Below are positions 59,866-64,000 of a DNA stretch of 64,000 bases, piece by piece; the stretch's first letter is position 1, and each line of letters begins with the position of its first letter. A program made the position numbers and the translations under genes. The notes under the pieces are model-generated. The model was not told the origin of the DNA. It did not search any database and was given only the letters and a program-made list of their open reading frames with translations. Location: sequence record OL615012; one strand, 5' to 3'. The DNA comes from Shigella phage vB_SboM_Phaginator.

Positions 59866-59886
59866 AAATTAAAGGCCCGAAGGCCT

Positions 59887-60075
59887 TTAGTAATCTAGTG
59901 GTAAGAGAGTACGATATATTTCAAACTTTGGTCCTTTTTCATAGGCATCAAATGTTTCTGTAAATTTATTATAAGCGTATGCATCTACAAATTCGAGAAT
60001 GACTTGTGATACAGAAGTAGAAACATCTCCACCTTCTTTTTGAGCAATGACAATTGTTTCTAAGTAAGCTTTCAT
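59887..60075 (-). CDS. hypothetical small protein downstream of DNA ligase
   Basis: 62-aa ORF; start overlaps ligase stop (ATGA). Confidence 0.5.
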   Translation of the reverse strand: MKAYLETIVIAQKEGGDVSTSVSQVILEFVDAYAYNKFTETFDAYEKGPKFEIYRTLLPLDY

Positions 60076-61535
60076 AAACCAGTTACCTCATGAAAATCGC
60101 CAAATACATCTTCAAACGTATTAGCTTTAGTTTTATCTTCACGTAAACGAATCGCAATCGGAAGAAATAATTTAACGTAATCAGTGCGGCCATCAGATTT
60201 TAACCAACCGTTGCATTCGCACTCTAGAATTTTTCCAATATAATAATTTTGGTTTTCCATAATGCGAGTACGGTCAAGTTCATGCGATTTTACACCGGCT
60301 TTATCTTTTAAGCCTGAACCAGCATTTACTTTAATTTTTCCACACTCTGACTCAAGAATAAATCCACCCGCTTTAGTAGGGTCTTTACGGTGAGGATAAA
60401 TTCCTACAATTTTTAAATCAACATCAATTACTTCTTTAAATTTATAAAGATTTTTTGAACGAGCATTTTCCCATAATCCATCGATATTTTTGAGAATAAT
60501 ACCTTCAAGACCTTGGTCAATATACTTTTTGTAAATTACCTTAGCTTCATCTAGGTTATTTACTACTTGGTTTTCAATTAAAATTACTTTATCATAGCCT
60601 GATGTCATTTGTTCTAGTTTAGAAAAACGTACATCATACTTTAAACGAAATGCAGGAAGACCATATATTTCTACTAATGGAACATAGTCCCAGACCTGAA
60701 ACTTCATGCATTGTGCTTCTTTTTCGGAAATGGTTCCCTTTAAAGATTTATTAGCGATTCCATTAGAAGTAGTACGTGATTCAGCTACTTCGGCGAATTC
60801 TTTAGCTTTACTAATTTCAGGATAAGCATCAAAAAGAAAATCTAGGCCTTCTGGCTCCTTTTCAACTTGCTCGTGGTATACCAATTCGCCATCAATTAAC
60901 ACACCTTCTGGATGAATCTGGCGGGCTTCAGCGGTCATTTTGATTAACTCTTCCTTAAGAAGATCTAATCCTAGGTATTCATTACCAGCTCGTGATAAAA
61001 GACGAACATCATCTAATTCATCACCTCTGACTTCGGCAAAGCACCGAGCTCCATCAGCCTTTAACTGGGCAAAAGCTGGAAATTTGATATTCTTATTAAT
61101 GCCTTTTTCATCATAAGAACTTGCCAGCATTTGAGGTTGTTCAGGAATTAAACCTGGCCAAACTTTGTTTGCAATAGATATTGAAGCACCGCATTCAAGG
61201 TCTCGCATCATCACTCGACGCAAAACTTCAACATCATCCTTTTTACCATCGGTGATATATCCAGTCAATTCCTCAATTGCAGCATTTCCGGTCAATTTCC
61301 GAGTAGCTAACGTGAATTCAATGAAGTCAAGCATATCGGTAATAGTCAGCATTCCAAAACTCTGGGTAGCAATACCAGGTTTAGGCCATTTCTTGATATA
61401 ATACTGCAACCCACGAGAATAAGTCAGACGATATACTCGTTTAAGCAATTCATTATCTTTATTCTTTTCAAGAATTGCTTGCTTCTGCTTAGTTGAACCA
61501 ATAGATGCTATTTCGTTCAGAATTTTAAGAATCAT
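60072..61535 (-). CDS. 30: ATP-dependent DNA ligase (gp30)
   Basis: 487 aa; adenylation lysine motif KADGAR; N-terminus MILKILNEIASIGSTKQKQAILEKNKDNELLKRVYRLTYSRGLQYY as T4 ligase. Confidence 0.95.
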   Translation of the reverse strand: MILKILNEIASIGSTKQKQAILEKNKDNELLKRVYRLTYSRGLQYYIKKWPKPGIATQSFGMLTITDMLDFIEFTLATRKLTGNAAIEELTGYITDGKKDDVEVLRRVMMRDLECGASISIANKVWPGLIPEQPQMLASSYDEKGINKNIKFPAFAQLKADGARCFAEVRGDELDDVRLLSRAGNEYLGLDLLKEELIKMTAEARQIHPEGVLIDGELVYHEQVEKEPEGLDFLFDAYPEISKAKEFAEVAESRTTSNGIANKSLKGTISEKEAQCMKFQVWDYVPLVEIYGLPAFRLKYDVRFSKLEQMTSGYDKVILIENQVVNNLDEAKVIYKKYIDQGLEGIILKNIDGLWENARSKNLYKFKEVIDVDLKIVGIYPHRKDPTKAGGFILESECGKIKVNAGSGLKDKAGVKSHELDRTRIMENQNYYIGKILECECNGWLKSDGRTDYVKLFLPIAIRLREDKTKANTFEDVFGDFHEVTGL

Positions 61536-61801
61536 TGTTCATCCTTTAGAGTTTGGTTTACAGCTCTATTATAAATCAATTCATCATTAAGCTCAGGCAA
61601 AGACTTATGATATGTAGTTCTAACTTTATTTCCTTGCATCCAGTGCTTGACGTAAATGAAACCTTGCTCTACACATTTTTTAAAAATTCGTTCGTCTTTT
61701 TGAGCTCGGAATTCTGGATTGCATCTAAAAAATTGATTTACGTGACCGTAATCACGTGTAGTATTACCTTCATTTTCATAAATAGTATGAACAACAAACA
61801 T
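61532..61801 (-). CDS. hypothetical protein (T4 30.1-like position)
   Basis: 89-aa ORF, ATGA overlap with ligase start. Confidence 0.55.
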   Translation of the reverse strand: MFVVHTIYENEGNTTRDYGHVNQFFRCNPEFRAQKDERIFKKCVEQGFIYVKHWMQGNKVRTTYHKSLPELNDELIYNRAVNQTLKDEQ

Positions 61802-62661
61802 TAGAATGCTCCTTGGAAAATATTATCACCACTACCACTAGTAAGTCTATTAAAATACCCTGCATCGCCAGGCTTAATATAACTCCATGTATGGAATGGA
61901 TGGAATGGATTCTGATATGAGTGTGTATAATATGGATGATATGGATTATAAGGATTAAATCCAGGAGTTCTCCAAGTAGTGTTCCAACGAAAAGAATCGT
62001 TTTTAATCATCTTTTCAACTACATCTTTTATAGCTTTTTCACTATCAAAACTTTCTTTATTTTCCTTCGATGGAAAAAGCTTATTCTCTACATCATTCCA
62101 TGTATAAACTCGCTGTGCAGTTTTTGGAATACTGTCACGTTCCCCTCGAGCCATCCAATAAACAGGCACATTTAATATTTCACTCGCGTGATCGCAGTGG
62201 TGAGCGAGATCGTCAATATAACAAATTACGTTATATTTCTCTTTTGCCTTTTTGAACAACTCTTCTTTTGAAGAATCATGACCACACATCAATACTTCTG
62301 AGAAGGCACCAGGAAAAAGAGCATTCAAATTAAATTGACGATTCAGCAGAGCGTCAATAGAATCACCCAATGCTGTAACAGCTACAAAATTATAATCTTC
62401 TTTTAATTTGTTAATTACACACAGGGCATCTTTATATGGAGACAAGTAACGAATAAAATCTGAACGATTGTATTTTTCAATTAACTTGACGCCAAGTTCT
62501 TCATCACAATTAAAGAGTTTACCAGGAGAAATAAATTTCTCATCTTGGATCATTTTTAAAATATGTTCTAACGGAAGATTATATTTTTGGGCAAAATAAG
62601 GAAGACCTGATTGCCAGCTTAAACATACACCATCAATATCAGTCAAAATAGTAGGCTTCAT
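61801..62661 (-). CDS. HAD-like hydrolase-fold protein (T4 30.2-like position) with Pro/Tyr/His-rich C-tail
   Basis: 286 aa; N-terminal LTDIDGV resembles HAD motif I (DxDGT/V); C-terminal NPYNPYHPYYTHSYQNPFHPFH low-complexity tail. Confidence 0.55.
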   Translation of the reverse strand: MKPTILTDIDGVCLSWQSGLPYFAQKYNLPLEHILKMIQDEKFISPGKLFNCDEELGVKLIEKYNRSDFIRYLSPYKDALCVINKLKEDYNFVAVTALGDSIDALLNRQFNLNALFPGAFSEVLMCGHDSSKEELFKKAKEKYNVICYIDDLAHHCDHASEILNVPVYWMARGERDSIPKTAQRVYTWNDVENKLFPSKENKESFDSEKAIKDVVEKMIKNDSFRWNTTWRTPGFNPYNPYHPYYTHSYQNPFHPFHTWSYIKPGDAGYFNRLTSGSGDNIFQGAF

Positions 62662-63116
62662 AGAGAGTCTCTTAATAGGTTTAACACATCAATAAATTCA
62701 GCTTCGGTTAGTATTGTATCATCTTTTGTTAGACCACTAGCCATGCTGTGCTTCAAAACTTTTCCTTTCGAGGCTTGTAATGCATCACGAAAGCCCTTGT
62801 TTTGGATCGCTGTTTCAAAATATGCATTTGTGTATAATTCTTTCCACGCCGGGGAGTATCTTGAAAACGGAACTCCGAGCCAGAAGAGGGTCCCACGGTC
62901 CTGAGCTCTAGCATAAGACCTTCCAGCTTGTTGGGCGGCAAGCCCGGATAACCCAAATACACGACGTTGTTGTTCAACATTTTTCACCTTGCACCCTTGG
63001 AGGAATCCTTCAAGACCTCCAAATTGAATACCATCCATAACGAAAGGCCATTGGGCGAAATTACTTAATGCACATGATGGCCACCTAAAATTGCTTCTAA
63101 TCTCTAACTCAGACAT
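62658..63116 (-). CDS. NADAR (YbiA-like) domain protein (T4 30.3-like position)
   Basis: Track frame starts TTG 63122; ATG at 63116; motif LSNFAQWPFVMDGIQFGGLEGFLQ resembles the NADAR/YbiA signature. Confidence 0.6.
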   Translation of the reverse strand: MSELEIRSNFRWPSCALSNFAQWPFVMDGIQFGGLEGFLQGCKVKNVEQQRRVFGLSGLAAQQAGRSYARAQDRGTLFWLGVPFSRYSPAWKELYTNAYFETAIQNKGFRDALQASKGKVLKHSMASGLTKDDTILTEAEFIDVLNLLRDSL

Positions 63117-63315
63117 TTTCAATACTTATAATTTCAACATCAGCCCAATGACCATAGCAAGGAAGACGAAATTCAACTGGCCAGTTAGGGTCCTTTTCTA
63201 ATATAACAGACTCAACTCGTGGTTCTTCATGTTCATCAGTATATGGATTTTTATCTGTTACTTTATATGTGACCTTAATGTACTGAATTCCAAAAATCTT
63301 ATTAATTATATTCAT
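63109..63315 (-). CDS. hypothetical small protein
   Basis: 68-aa ORF, ATG start, overlapping neighbours. Confidence 0.45.
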   Translation of the reverse strand: MNIINKIFGIQYIKVTYKVTDKNPYTDEHEEPRVESVILEKDPNWPVEFRLPCYGHWADVEIISIENV

Positions 63316-63509
63316 ACTAATTCCTTTAATCCGTAAATAGGAGATAATTCATCACCCATACGAAGGTCTTCATTTCCATCTACCCAGGAAACAATATAAG
63401 CCTCTTTTATTTGAATACCACTCCATTTAAATGGAGGTAGAACCTTAGAAATTAATCCAGGTATACCAACTACCTTTAATTCAACAGTTTGACCTAAAAA
63501 GAATTTCAT
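63312..63509 (-). CDS. hypothetical small protein
   Basis: 65-aa ORF, ATGA overlap with the downstream ORF. Confidence 0.45.
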   Translation of the reverse strand: MKFFLGQTVELKVVGIPGLISKVLPPFKWSGIQIKEAYIVSWVDGNEDLRMGDELSPIYGLKELV

Positions 63510-63796
63510 TAGAACCTCATCTGAAAACCGTGCGATTTAACATTACCACCGCCAATATCAGAAATGTTAATTTCACTCGCAATCGAAGGATCGATGTCAA
63601 TTTCACGATTAAGTTTAGTGATAGCTAAAGTATCACGCCCATTTACTGTACGGAATTCTAAAGGACAAACCACATCAACGTAATTTTTAATCGATTCACT
63701 GGTAGGTTGCAAATGAGCAGGAAGGTCTTTAGGCGCCTTTGAGAAAACAACTTCACAGAAATTTTTGCGGGTATCAAAATAAGTAGTCATAAACAT
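63509..63796 (-). CDS. hypothetical protein
   Basis: 95-aa ORF, ATG start. Confidence 0.5.
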   Translation of the reverse strand: MFMTTYFDTRKNFCEVVFSKAPKDLPAHLQPTSESIKNYVDVVCPLEFRTVNGRDTLAITKLNREIDIDPSIASEINISDIGGGNVKSHGFQMRF

Positions 63797-63813
63797 AATA
63801 TTTTCCTCAGTAA

Positions 63814-63827
63814 GGGGCCGAAGCCCC
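63814..63827. other. GC stem-loop GGGGCCGAAGCCCC (intergenic hairpin)
   Basis: Third copy of the identical 14-mer hairpin; followed on plus strand by TCATTTATTTTT. Confidence 0.4.
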
Positions 63828-63837
63828 TCATTTATTT

Positions 63838-64000
63838 TTAAATATCAAATTCGTTGAGAACTACATCAAAGATTGCTTCAAGATGTTCAGGTTTAGCTCT
63901 GTTACTCAGAATATGACGAATCCAAGTTTTAACCAGAAGCTTGCGATTAACACCATTCCAGCAAGGATGAGTCCCTAAATCGCGTTGACGAAAATCATCA
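63838..64000 (-). CDS. hypothetical protein, 3' part only (gene starts beyond window end)
   Basis: Open minus-strand frame from window edge to TAA at 63838-63840, translating ...WNGVNRKLLVKTWIRHILSNRAKPEHLEAIFDVVLNEFDI. Confidence 0.4.
   Translation of the reverse strand, partial: DDFRQRDLGTHPCWNGVNRKLLVKTWIRHILSNRAKPEHLEAIFDVVLNEFDI

Overview
The window reads as a T4-like (T-even, Tequatrovirus-type) myovirus genome segment. All protein calls rest on recognising T4-family protein sequences by eye plus the supplied ORF track; no database search was run. Minus strand, low coordinates: a block of small early-type ORFs of unknown function (1-3060), two internal-head-protein genes with capsid-targeting N-termini (ipIII-like, and a second at the ipII position), a tRNA operon with nine tRNAs (Gln, Leu, Gly, Ser, Thr, Ile/CAU, Tyr, Asn, Arg) interrupted by a segB-like GIY-YIG homing endonuclease, then ipI, 57B (Acb1-like), 57A, and genes 1, 3, 2, 4. 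Plus strand, 11.5-41.5 kb: the late structural block 53, 5, 5.1, 5.4, 6-12, wac, 13-20, 67, 68, 21-24, with TATAAATA late promoters and GC hairpin terminators. Then rnlB, a hoc gene carrying an extra Ig-like domain, inh, uvsW, uvsY, baseplate hub genes 25, 26, 51, 27, 28, 29, 48, 54, two tandem alt-type ADP-ribosyltransferase genes, DNA ligase (30), and 30.1-30.6-type ORFs including a NADAR-domain protein. I found no unambiguous new multi-gene system. The most promising leads are the repeat-flanked internal-protein cassette, the uncharacterised ORF blocks at 1-3060 and 6329-7709, the hoc domain duplication, the second alt paralogue and the homing endonuclease sitting inside the tRNA operon.
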